This document shows, one piece after another, positions 10,027 through 17,764 of a stretch of 51,897 bases of DNA. Source of the stretch: Candidatus Heimdallarchaeota archaeon (GTDB lineage Archaea; Asgardarchaeota; Heimdallarchaeia; Heimdallarchaeales; Heimdallarchaeaceae); the NCBI GenBank assembly GCA_018238545.1, contig JABCTC010000025.1, positions 1-51,897 of the forward strand. Direction: 5' to 3'. The position numbers were made by a program, and so were the translations under genes. The notes below the pieces were generated by a model that made no database searches, was not told where the DNA came from, and saw nothing but the letters and a program-made list of their open reading frames with translations. Within the stretch, counting starts at the first letter, position 1. Each line of letters starts with the position of its first letter.

Positions 10027-10902
10027 CTAAATCTTTGCGGTTGACTCTATTTTGAAGCCTTCTGTTTCTGATGGGGTGATATCTAGAGTTTCACTCACAT
10101 ATGCTACACCCATTAGTTTTGTTATTGCAAAAGTATCTTTGATTCTGCTACCAACTGAACTTCTTGTAAAATAGAATATGCCTTGAGATGCGTTCATTAT
10201 AATTCTTTCTGCTACAGGGTCCAGAACGTCCTGCGGTATTAAGAAGAAGTGTACTCCACCTAGTTTTGATAAAGAAATCAAAGTGTTTTTTAGAAATGTA
10301 ATCAGAGCCGCTGCATCCTCATCAAGTCTATCTTCTTTCATCCACAGCAAATCATCGAAAACACTAAAGCATTGTTTATTTTGATTTTCTTTAACATGAA
10401 TCATTCTATCTATTATTTTTTTAGCGTAAGTTCTTCTTCTAACTTCTATTTTACCTAATTTCAATGCTGATGACATTGTTGAACTAGTCAAATCAAACAT
10501 ATTTTCAAAATACCAGTTTTTACCTTCGTATGGAGAAATGTCCCATTCATAAGCTTGGAAGGATCTTTTTACACTCTCATATGGTGTGCTACTATGAACA
10601 TAAAATATCACATTTTCTTGTGTTTTTTGTGCCCAATTTAGTAATATACGCTGAATAAATAATTTAGGGATTACAGTTTCTGAAGGGTAACTCACTAGAA
10701 TCAGTGAACCATCTGGAAGACCTTTTCGAGAGGACATTTCCATACCAAGTTTCTGGTCTAAAGTTCTAATACCAGTAAGGATTAATTCGCCTCTGACATC
10801 AACGGCATGACTTTTTTTCCCTATTCTTTCAACTCCACCTTTTGGGGTCTCTATATCCATAGAATTTACCTCATAACAATTTTGCTGATTAGAACTGCTC
10901 AA
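10027..10902 (-). CDS. KaiC/RAD55-like RecA-fold protein with degenerate Walker A
   Basis: ILTGIRTLDQKLG...GLPDGSLILV start typical of KaiC; the P-loop position reads SYPSETVIPK with no GKT. True start may be 10860. Confidence 0.75.
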   Translation of the reverse strand: MSSSNQQNCYEVNSMDIETPKGGVERIGKKSHAVDVRGELILTGIRTLDQKLGMEMSSRKGLPDGSLILVSYPSETVIPKLFIQRILLNWAQKTQENVIFYVHSSTPYESVKRSFQAYEWDISPYEGKNWYFENMFDLTSSTMSSALKLGKIEVRRRTYAKKIIDRMIHVKENQNKQCFSVFDDLLWMKEDRLDEDAAALITFLKNTLISLSKLGGVHFFLIPQDVLDPVAERIIMNASQGIFYFTRSSVGSRIKDTFAITKLMGVAYVSETLDITPSETEGFKIESTAKI

Positions 10903-11428
10903 GTTCTCTCAAAGCTAATTCCAAATCTGATATAAACTCATCTTGAACTTTCTTTTCTTCAGTTACAACTGGTTCAGGTGCAGGAGTTGGAGTAGGAGTA
11001 GGAGTAGCAGCAGTTTCTGCAGGAGTTGTGGGTTTAGCTTCAACATCTAATATATTTCGTGTTTTTTCAGCTGCCATTTTCATGGTTCTTCGTACCAAAC
11101 CTAGTTGTACACCAGTATCTGTGATAAGACACAACACTGTGCTCCCACAACTAGCAACTAAGATTAAGCCATCAGAAAATTCTGATATTATGATATCTAG
11201 TGCGGCTAATCCCACATTTTGACCCTGTTGTTCACTTGCCAGATATACAGCACTAGCTATCGCCCCAAGCGCTTCTGTTTCGAATTCATCAAAAGCAAAT
11301 CTTGAAGAATATGCAAGTGTTAGTCCAGTTTTATCGGCTAATATAACGTGGTTAATGTTAGCATCACTAGTTATTATTTCGTGCAGTATTGCATTTATTT
11401 GATCGGCGCCATACAAGAAAATCACCAA
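10889..11428 (-). CDS. Roadblock/LC7 (MglB-like) protein with Pro/Thr-rich linker and acidic tail
   Basis: VILADKTGL.LA...ALGAIAS...G.ILV...VLCLIT....QLGLV. Probable start TTG at 11416 after a GGTGA SD. Confidence 0.88.
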   Translation of the reverse strand: MVIFLYGADQINAILHEIITSDANINHVILADKTGLTLAYSSRFAFDEFETEALGAIASAVYLASEQQGQNVGLAALDIIISEFSDGLILVASCGSTVLCLITDTGVQLGLVRRTMKMAAEKTRNILDVEAKPTTPAETAATPTPTPTPAPEPVVTEEKKVQDEFISDLELALRELEQF

Positions 11429-11546
11429 GTGTTAATACACAGTTCTTATTGATACTAATAAATTTGGATATTTAAACATTTCAAATGTTGTAGTACTACA
11501 ACGTGATTTAAGGAAATTTTTTAAATTACAATGTTAAATTAACTTT

Positions 11547-12230
11547 ATGGTTACACTAAAATTTCCGGTTATCATTTTAAATTTCAAGAATTACACCCAA
11601 TCTATTGGAGAAAATGGAGTTATATTGGCCAAAATAGCAGAAGAAGTTGCAAAAGAAGTAGGTGTGGAGATAGTTGTTTGTCCTCAAACGGTAGACATTC
11701 GACTAATTCATCAATCAGTAAGTATTCCCATTTTTGCTCAACACACAGATTCAAATGATTCAGGTAGCAACACTGGAAATAATTTAATGGAAACGATAAT
11801 GCAAAGCGGAGCAGCTGGCACATTAGTAAATCACTCTGAACATCAATTGAGATTATCCGATATAGAAAAAATCGTTACCAAAGCAAAGAAATTAGATTTT
11901 TTCACATGTGTATGTGCTAATAATCTTCAGGTAAGCAGAGCAATATCTGCGTTAGATCCTCTAGCATGTGCTATGGAACCACCAGAACTTATAGGTAGTG
12001 GAATCTCTGTTACAACGAAACCAGAATTAGTTAAACAAACAATTCAAGCAATAAAAGAAACCAATATTTCAGTCACGCCCTTAGTTGGAGCTGGTGTGTC
12101 TACAGCAAAAGATGTTTCAGAAGCATTACAGCTGGGCGCAAAAGGGGTGCTCCTAGCCTCTGGTTTTGTTAAAGCAAAAGAACCCAAGTCAGTGCTACTA
12201 AAAATGGCAAATGCAATGATAGAAAAATAG
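11547..12230 (+). CDS. tpiA: Triosephosphate isomerase (archaeal type)
   Basis: LNFKNY, NHSEH, EPPELIGSG, GAGV, GVLLASG. Confidence 0.95.
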   Translation: MVTLKFPVIILNFKNYTQSIGENGVILAKIAEEVAKEVGVEIVVCPQTVDIRLIHQSVSIPIFAQHTDSNDSGSNTGNNLMETIMQSGAAGTLVNHSEHQLRLSDIEKIVTKAKKLDFFTCVCANNLQVSRAISALDPLACAMEPPELIGSGISVTTKPELVKQTIQAIKETNISVTPLVGAGVSTAKDVSEALQLGAKGVLLASGFVKAKEPKSVLLKMANAMIEK

Positions 12231-12256
12231 GAAGAAAAATAGTTCAGGTTGCGCAA

Positions 12257-12724
12257 TTATTCATTGCGTTTCCACATCATTTTCTCGCCTTGTTTTATCT
12301 GTGTTAAAATTCCGGCTTCTGCCATTTGTTTTAAAGATCTAGCAAATTCTTCTTTAGTAATCGGGGGGTTTCCTTGTTTTAACACTGCGAATTGACAGGA
12401 TGCAAATATAGCATCTTCAAACATAAATTTAGAAGAGCTGAATGATTCTATGATTAAATCTTTATTAGGAATCTTAAAATCCTTAACAACAGTTTTTACT
12501 TTTTTAATTTCTCCTTTGCTAGAACCAATTTTTGAAATAATTAAATCTGCAATAATGTCATTTAATCCTTTTCCCTCTGTTTGTTCACTAAAACCATGAA
12601 GTTCAGCGATCAAAAAGGTTGCTTGTTGAACAAACGATTCCATAGATTCAAAGTAGTTTTCATCGACTAGTTTCTGTACATAGTTGTACAAACCTTCAGG
12701 GATTTTAATTTCAATAGGTTTCAT
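12257..12724 (-). CDS. Hypothetical protein with N-terminal ribbon-helix-helix-like segment
   Basis: Start placed at ATG 12724 (MKPIEIKIPEGLYNYVQKLV...F.S..SFV) after a GGAG SD; the ORF-track extension to 12856 is low-complexity flank. Confidence 0.65.
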   Translation of the reverse strand: MKPIEIKIPEGLYNYVQKLVDENYFESMESFVQQATFLIAELHGFSEQTEGKGLNDIIADLIISKIGSSKGEIKKVKTVVKDFKIPNKDLIIESFSSSKFMFEDAIFASCQFAVLKQGNPPITKEEFARSLKQMAEAGILTQIKQGEKMMWKRNE

Positions 12725-12850
12725 TAATATTACTCCTTTTATAATTATAAGATACATCCATACAGTTGAATTGCTTCTTATAGGTTTTTTCTTAGATGCG
12801 CCCAAAGTAAAACAAATTTTGTTAATATTTGTTATTGTAATTTGTTTGTT

Positions 12851-12975
12851 ACACACGTTATGAAACTTGGTTAAACTTGCCAGAAGGCGTCTAACCGTCG
12901 TTTAAGTGGGTTCCCTCACGTGTGTTGAGGGGAAGAGATCGGAAGGAAGGAGAGTACCTGGGAGGGAAGAGATGT
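12851..12975 (-). ncRNA. Putative omega-RNA (reRNA) scaffold of the TnpB-like nuclease; 5' limit uncertain
   Basis: Hairpin CCCUCA/UGAGGG whose loop ACACACG is complementary to the downstream CGUGUGU (pseudoknot); intervening stem GGUUAGAC/GUUUAACC capped by GCC-UUCU-GGC. Confidence 0.72.
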
Positions 12976-14845
12976 TATGCGCAGCGTTATCATGAGTGTT
13001 GACCATTTGACCACATTTACCACAAGGAGCAGAATCATACGAACCTGAACCAGGTTGACGGAGGATAGTCCCCCCACAGTTGTGATGGACACTGCTGGTA
13101 TGGTAAGGTTTGACCGTCTCCAAACGGACATCATAACCTAATTCAAGCGAAGCTAACCAGACAGCTTTTTTGTAAATGTAAAGGTTATCAGGCATATTGT
13201 AGATGGCTTTAGCCAGTGCTCCTTTGGTACCAGTAGGGTCAACCTCCAACTCTTCGATCTTCAGAGTATGGCACTTGTTCTTCACCATCACTGCAGCGAG
13301 GAAGTGGGGTAAACGACGGGTGATCTCACGAAGTATGCGACTTCTACGAGTATAGACTCTATTGAGTTCTCCCTTGAGCTTGCAACTGCCGAGAATGTCA
13401 TGCTCTTTACGTTTGCGGAGGAAACCACGGTTAAGTTCCTTCATAACTTTCTCTAGGTGCTTGTAACGTTCAGCTAGTTTCATCAAATCCTTAGGGACTG
13501 AAACAGAGGTGTTAAACGCTACCATAAACTCTCCCAAGCGGTTGATATCCAACCCCAGCACTTGTTTCTTGCCTTTAGGAATCTTTGGGAGATAAGTATG
13601 GAGAAGTTTGTGAGAGTGGAAACAGTCATGAGCGCCTTCTAGCACCACATCTACTCGAGGTTTGAAACAGGGAGCACTGCCGCTGCTTACTTGGAAAACT
13701 TTGATTTCGGCACCATTCTTCAAATATTCCAAGACTTTGGGGGGAAAGAGAACTTGAGCAGTAAGTTTCTTCTTGCCCATTTGCGGGAAACCTAAAGTGG
13801 TTCTACCATTGTTCTTTACTTGTCTGGTCAGATCTTTTGCATTCCCTTCACGGGTGATAACATAATCTTTTTTCATTAGTAGTTTTACTGGTAATCTTCC
13901 TTGTTTTTTACGTTTGAATGGGGGAGGAACGAGTGCAGTTATAGATAGACCTTGTAATAATTGAGGGACACTCTGCATGAAATGGTCAAAGAGTGTGAAA
14001 ACTACCACCTGCCTTACGGCAGAGAAGAGTTTTCGAGTAGGCTTACCTATTAATTCTGCTAGTTCCTTGGAGAGGTTTTTGAGACTTTTCCAACGAGAAG
14101 GGTGAAAACTGTTGATCCACGAGGTGAGAAAAGGAGCAACTATATTCTGCTCTTGCTTTAAGAGCTTGAGTTTATTGAGAAACGCTTGCTGGTTCTTCGT
14201 AAGAGTAGGTAGTTGTGAGAAATTATTGGTCTGGTGAATCAGAGCATCATCGATTGCTTGCACCACATCTTGTTGCTTGTAAGTAGGTAAAGCTCCATTC
14301 AACACCAGATTATTAGAGAAATAGTAGTTCCTCTGTTTCTTCTTGCTAAAACTATCTAGTTGCATCCTAGAACTGGTCAGAAGGTTGATGACGTACCTTC
14401 TCTGTAATTTCCAATATTTCCCCAGGCTGCTTTCGGTATAAGGCGAACGACCAAAAATCATCCATTCCACCAGCTGTTGAGGGTTCTTATGCAAGAAGTT
14501 GAGCAACCCTTGCACTTTCTTCTCTTTGTCTATCTTCCCTTTCACTGCTATCTGGAGCCAGTGGTAAGCGCTCTCAGCGATGTTAGGGTTCTTCCCCACC
14601 GCTTTCCCTACTTGACGGACAAAGTAGCGTTCTTTAGGGTTAGTGCGATAGAGGTCTAAAGCTTTCTTGACCACATCTTGAATGAGAAGGTCGTGCTGCC
14701 TCTCTTCTAAATTCCTAATTCTTCGGTTGATTTCTTCTCGTTGAGAGGGTGATGCACACTTCAGCGCTACCTGATAACTCCTCATCACCTTGTCTAAGTT
14801 AATAGGGGGAGAAGTTTTAGAGGTGCTTGCTGCTTGTGTGCCCAT
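12902..14845 (-). CDS. tnpB: Large TnpB/Cas12-like RuvC protein (647 aa)
   Basis: RuvC-I VLGLD433INRLG, RuvC-II LKIE531EL, P.HTSS, Zn site HxxC..CxxC, RuvC-III NTH618D619NAAHNI; lies downstream of IS607 tnpA. Confidence 0.88.
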   Translation of the reverse strand: MGTQAASTSKTSPPINLDKVMRSYQVALKCASPSQREEINRRIRNLEERQHDLLIQDVVKKALDLYRTNPKERYFVRQVGKAVGKNPNIAESAYHWLQIAVKGKIDKEKKVQGLLNFLHKNPQQLVEWMIFGRSPYTESSLGKYWKLQRRYVINLLTSSRMQLDSFSKKKQRNYYFSNNLVLNGALPTYKQQDVVQAIDDALIHQTNNFSQLPTLTKNQQAFLNKLKLLKQEQNIVAPFLTSWINSFHPSRWKSLKNLSKELAELIGKPTRKLFSAVRQVVVFTLFDHFMQSVPQLLQGLSITALVPPPFKRKKQGRLPVKLLMKKDYVITREGNAKDLTRQVKNNGRTTLGFPQMGKKKLTAQVLFPPKVLEYLKNGAEIKVFQVSSGSAPCFKPRVDVVLEGAHDCFHSHKLLHTYLPKIPKGKKQVLGLDINRLGEFMVAFNTSVSVPKDLMKLAERYKHLEKVMKELNRGFLRKRKEHDILGSCKLKGELNRVYTRRSRILREITRRLPHFLAAVMVKNKCHTLKIEELEVDPTGTKGALAKAIYNMPDNLYIYKKAVWLASLELGYDVRLETVKPYHTSSVHHNCGGTILRQPGSGSYDSAPCGKCGQMVNTHDNAAHNISSLPGTLLPSDLFPSTHVREPT

Positions 14846-14895
14846 CTTCTACTCGTACGTATAATCCTTAAATTGCTATTTAAACCCGAAGAATC

Positions 14896-15498
14896 TCACT
14901 TGTTCGGTGGTGCTTTTCCTCTCCTCTGTCTGTGCAACCTCCCTGCAAAAGAAGTGACGAGAGCGATCATATCTTCTACTAATTTTTTCTCTGCTGCTTG
15001 TTCTTCTTGTTGATACATGGGGATAACTTCTGTATCAAACGTTTGACAAAACTGGTTGATCACCTTCGTTCCGAACCTCGCTATCCTGTCTCTATACGTA
15101 CAGATGACAGCAAAAGGTTGTTTCGTTGCTACAGTTTTTAGTAGTGCGTGTAACCCTTTTCTCTGGTCGTTCATCCCCGAAGCAATATCTGTAAAAATCT
15201 TCTCTACCTTCCACCCTTTTTGCTTAGCAAAAGACCGTAGATGTTCTTGCTGGGTTATCAGTTCTTTCTTCTGTTTTGCCCCACTTACTCTCGCATACCC
15301 TATCACTATTTGTTTGTGCTGAGTGTCGTTCTTCTCCTCCTCTTTTTCTTCTTCTCCTATCATCTGGGAGAGTTTGTATCTCCTGTGTCCTCCTCTTGTC
15401 CTCTTGCAAGGGAGGATTCTTTCTTCCTTCTCCCACCTCCTCATAGTGCTAGCTGATACTCCTTGCATGTATGCTGCTGTGCCAATTCTTGCTAACAT
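14896..15498 (-). CDS. tnpA: IS607-family serine recombinase/transposase
   Basis: MerR-type HTH (AAYMQGVSASTMRRWE..RTRGGHRRY), catalytic YARVS, DIASG, DRIARFG, LVEDMIALVTSFAGRLH. Start at ATG 15498 preferred. Confidence 0.95.
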   Translation of the reverse strand: MLARIGTAAYMQGVSASTMRRWEKEERILPCKRTRGGHRRYKLSQMIGEEEKEEEKNDTQHKQIVIGYARVSGAKQKKELITQQEHLRSFAKQKGWKVEKIFTDIASGMNDQRKGLHALLKTVATKQPFAVICTYRDRIARFGTKVINQFCQTFDTEVIPMYQQEEQAAEKKLVEDMIALVTSFAGRLHRQRRGKAPPNK

Positions 15499-15724
15499 AG
15501 TTCTAATTTTACTGCTCTTACGAAAAATTTTCTGTTTTTTGGCAAGATTGAGCAATATTTCTTTCAGCTGTTGCTTACAGTAAAATGATATTAAGAGATG
15601 ATGGCGTCCTTTTCCCGCTTTTATATCCTTTGTGTGAAGCACATCTAAGCCGTCTCAACCAGTCATTCGCCAGATAAAAATTAAGGGAAAGCATGTTAAA
15701 TTTTTCTATATTGAAAGAAAGAAG

Positions 15725-15892
15725 TTATGTTGCCTTTCGACCGCGCTTATAAATTGTGTATCCACACTTTCCACAAGTCCATCTGTCTGAGTGTCCTGCC
15801 ATATATACGGCGTCTCCACACCTTTCACATTCTTTCTTTAATCTAATGACTTTATCTCCGTCTGCTTCATACCTTTTATGTGTTGAACTCAT
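15725..15892 (-). CDS. rps27ae: Ribosomal protein S27ae (eS31), 55 aa
   Basis: Not in the ORF track. Translates to MSSTHKRYEADGDKVIRLKKECERCGDAVYMAGHSDRWTCGKCGYTIYKRGRKAT; follows eS24. Confidence 0.95.
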   Translation of the reverse strand: MSSTHKRYEADGDKVIRLKKECERCGDAVYMAGHSDRWTCGKCGYTIYKRGRKAT

Positions 15893-15901
15893 TTCTTACA
15901 C

Positions 15902-16198
15902 TCACTCTGCTTTTTCTTGGATTATTCCTGATCTTTTTAAGAGAAACTTTTTTTCAACAGCGATTGCTCTTTCAGCTGTTTCATAGACATGAACAAGCGC
16001 TGTACTTTTTCCTTCCCCATATTTAGCTTCTAGCTTAATTAAAACTACTTGATTTCTTTCTTTATTTAAAAGAGCAGCTAATTTTGACAAAAATTCTTCA
16101 CGTTTAGGAACTGGTTGCCCAACATGATCAACTTTAACATTTATTTCTGTTCGCTCTAATAATTTATTTTCATTTTTCTCAATGATATCAATCTTCAT
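15902..16198 (-). CDS. rps24e: Ribosomal protein S24e
   Basis: ENKLLERTEI, P.R, YGEGKS...HVY; conserved operon position. Confidence 0.95.
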   Translation of the reverse strand: MKIDIIEKNENKLLERTEINVKVDHVGQPVPKREEFLSKLAALLNKERNQVVLIKLEAKYGEGKSTALVHVYETAERAIAVEKKFLLKRSGIIQEKAE

Positions 16199-16739
16199 TA
16201 ATTTTCACCATTTTAAGTAATAATCCGCAAACACTTTGTTTTACTTCTTCAGTAACTGACACTACTACTAACCCTTCATTAGGCTGTCCATATAAGACTT
16301 TTGAATCTAGTGGAGCTTCAAGAATAGTTGGAAGCACTAGTAAATCCTCTTCGCCTATTATTCTTATAATTATTTTGTTATCTTCAATTTTTAGACTATT
16401 AATAATTTCAATCCATGCATTTTGCATTATGTAACCTGCTTGGTTGGATATTTCTACAACAGAAGCATTTTCAATTTCTAATAATGGAACTTTCTCCCTT
16501 TGCACATGTTCATCTATAATAGCAATGTCAGGTATAAATGACAGTTCTACAAGTACTTGTGTGGTTGCATCTCCCACCGCTATTACCTTGGGTGTTGAAT
16601 CGTCTTGAGATAGCTTATTAATGAATTCAACAATGTCTTGTCGATTCTTAATAATTTGCCCTAAAGGGTTCTTAAAATACTTTCTTTGATTTTGGGGGAG
16701 AAAATATGAACTAGGTTTTACTTGATTCAACAAGTTCAC
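16188..16739 (-). CDS. DUF359 family GTP-dependent dephospho-CoA kinase
   Basis: K.PLG, AVGD.TT, D...QR, GEEDLLVLP, VLYGQPNEG; sits between spt4 and eS24. Confidence 0.9.
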   Translation of the reverse strand: MNLLNQVKPSSYFLPQNQRKYFKNPLGQIIKNRQDIVEFINKLSQDDSTPKVIAVGDATTQVLVELSFIPDIAIIDEHVQREKVPLLEIENASVVEISNQAGYIMQNAWIEIINSLKIEDNKIIIRIIGEEDLLVLPTILEAPLDSKVLYGQPNEGLVVVSVTEEVKQSVCGLLLKMVKINED

Positions 16740-16924
16740 CGGACTCGAAGAGCATAATGTCCTTTTTTGTAGATCTTCATTCTCTTCGCAACGTCGCTTT
16801 CTTCTGGTTTTAGGATAAAAATTTCACCTGTGTATTCAGAGGAAATGTCTTGTGTTTTACAATTTGGACAAATACTAGCAGTTTTTTCCATGATTATGTG
16901 ACACACTCTACAAGCTTTGGACAT
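16736..16924 (-). CDS. spt4: Transcription elongation factor Spt4 (RpoE'')
   Basis: KACRVC...CPNC...G.YALRVR. Confidence 0.95.
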   Translation of the reverse strand: MSKACRVCHIIMEKTASICPNCKTQDISSEYTGEIFILKPEESDVAKRMKIYKKGHYALRVR

Positions 16925-16925
16925 A

Positions 16926-17501
16926 TCATGAAGCCTCCTCTGCTTTTTTCTTTGGATTTTTTAACTCATCTTTCCATTCTTCAATCCATTCATTTGTTCC
17001 TAGAGCGTCTTGACGCATTGTTAAACCAACCCTTATAGCAGACTTACCTATACTTACAGCGATTATTCTTGCGCGTACCCTTGTGTTTACCAATAAATCT
17101 CTTTTAGATTTATCTCCACGTAGAACAGCATTTTTTGGGATATAACGGAAATAATCATCTGCGATTTGAGAAACATGACACAAAGCATCAATAGTTCCTA
17201 TTCTGATAAATGCGCCAAAATCTACACATTCCACTACTTCTCCAGAAACAATTTCATTTATTTCAGGCAAATAACACAGCAATTCAAAAGAAGCTTCATA
17301 ATAGGAACCTCCATCTCCAGCAATCAATTTTCCTTGAAAAATTTCGTTTATTTCTGTAACTGCTACAATGAAACCTAAATCAGGATCAATTTTACCTTCG
17401 AATCCTTCCCTCGCTATTTCTGCTAATACTTTAGCAAGTTCATCATCGAATCTGTTAGGGGGGACCCTTAGTGTATCCTTTACTTTTACCTTATAGTACA
17501 A
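16926..17501 (-). CDS. rpoE: RNA polymerase subunit Rpo7 (E')
   Basis: RVPP..F, GDGG.Y, S1 domain FGAFIRIG..DAL.HVSQI, GLTMRQ..LG. Confidence 0.95.
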   Translation of the reverse strand: MYYKVKVKDTLRVPPNRFDDELAKVLAEIAREGFEGKIDPDLGFIVAVTEINEIFQGKLIAGDGGSYYEASFELLCYLPEINEIVSGEVVECVDFGAFIRIGTIDALCHVSQIADDYFRYIPKNAVLRGDKSKRDLLVNTRVRARIIAVSIGKSAIRVGLTMRQDALGTNEWIEEWKDELKNPKKKAEEAS

Positions 17502-17764
17502 GCAAAACCATCTCGTTTAATTATTCAATTCTCGTTCTTTTCTAATGTTTTTAAACATACTCATAGCAAATAGTTTCCATGAACCTAACGCTAAGAACGT
17601 AACCTTAGCAATACAAAGACGGATTATTTGTTTGTAAAAAATATTATGTTAAACGGAAGGTTTTTGATAGATTACTTTAGTTTAAAAACAAACTTAAATA
17701 GATTCATCTAAAGTTAGTCTATAAGATTTGGTAGCTATTGAGCAGAAATATTGAGGAAAATTTA

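Larger units (their letters stand above)
12849..15579 (-). mobile_element. Complete IS607-family element (serine recombinase tnpA + large tnpB)
   Basis: tnpA-tnpB pair; visibly higher GC than flanks; TTACA at both inferred junctions (12849-12853, 15575-15579); left-end block shared with copy 1; omega-RNA fold ends at the right junction. Confidence 0.85.

Noticed and set aside
12811-12851. Repeated TTTGTTA motifs as a CRISPR-like array or transposase-binding repeats
   Set aside because: Short, low-complexity and irregularly spaced with no spacers; more likely host flank. No CRISPR array was seen anywhere in the window.
15499-15642. 48-aa N-terminal extension of tnpA in the ORF track
   Set aside because: It crosses the inferred element boundary; the HTH begins at Met 15498.
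12791-15649. 11-bp imperfect inverted match CTTAGATGCGC (12791-12801) / GCACATCTAAG (15639-15649) as terminal inverted repeats
   Set aside because: IS607 elements lack TIRs, copy 1 has no such sequence, and the omega-RNA and left-end homology put the ends further inside. Probably chance, but not excluded.
15725-15892. Possible ubiquitin-eS31 fusion as in eukaryotes
   Set aside because: The ORF starts 9 nt after the eS24 stop; there is no ubiquitin moiety.
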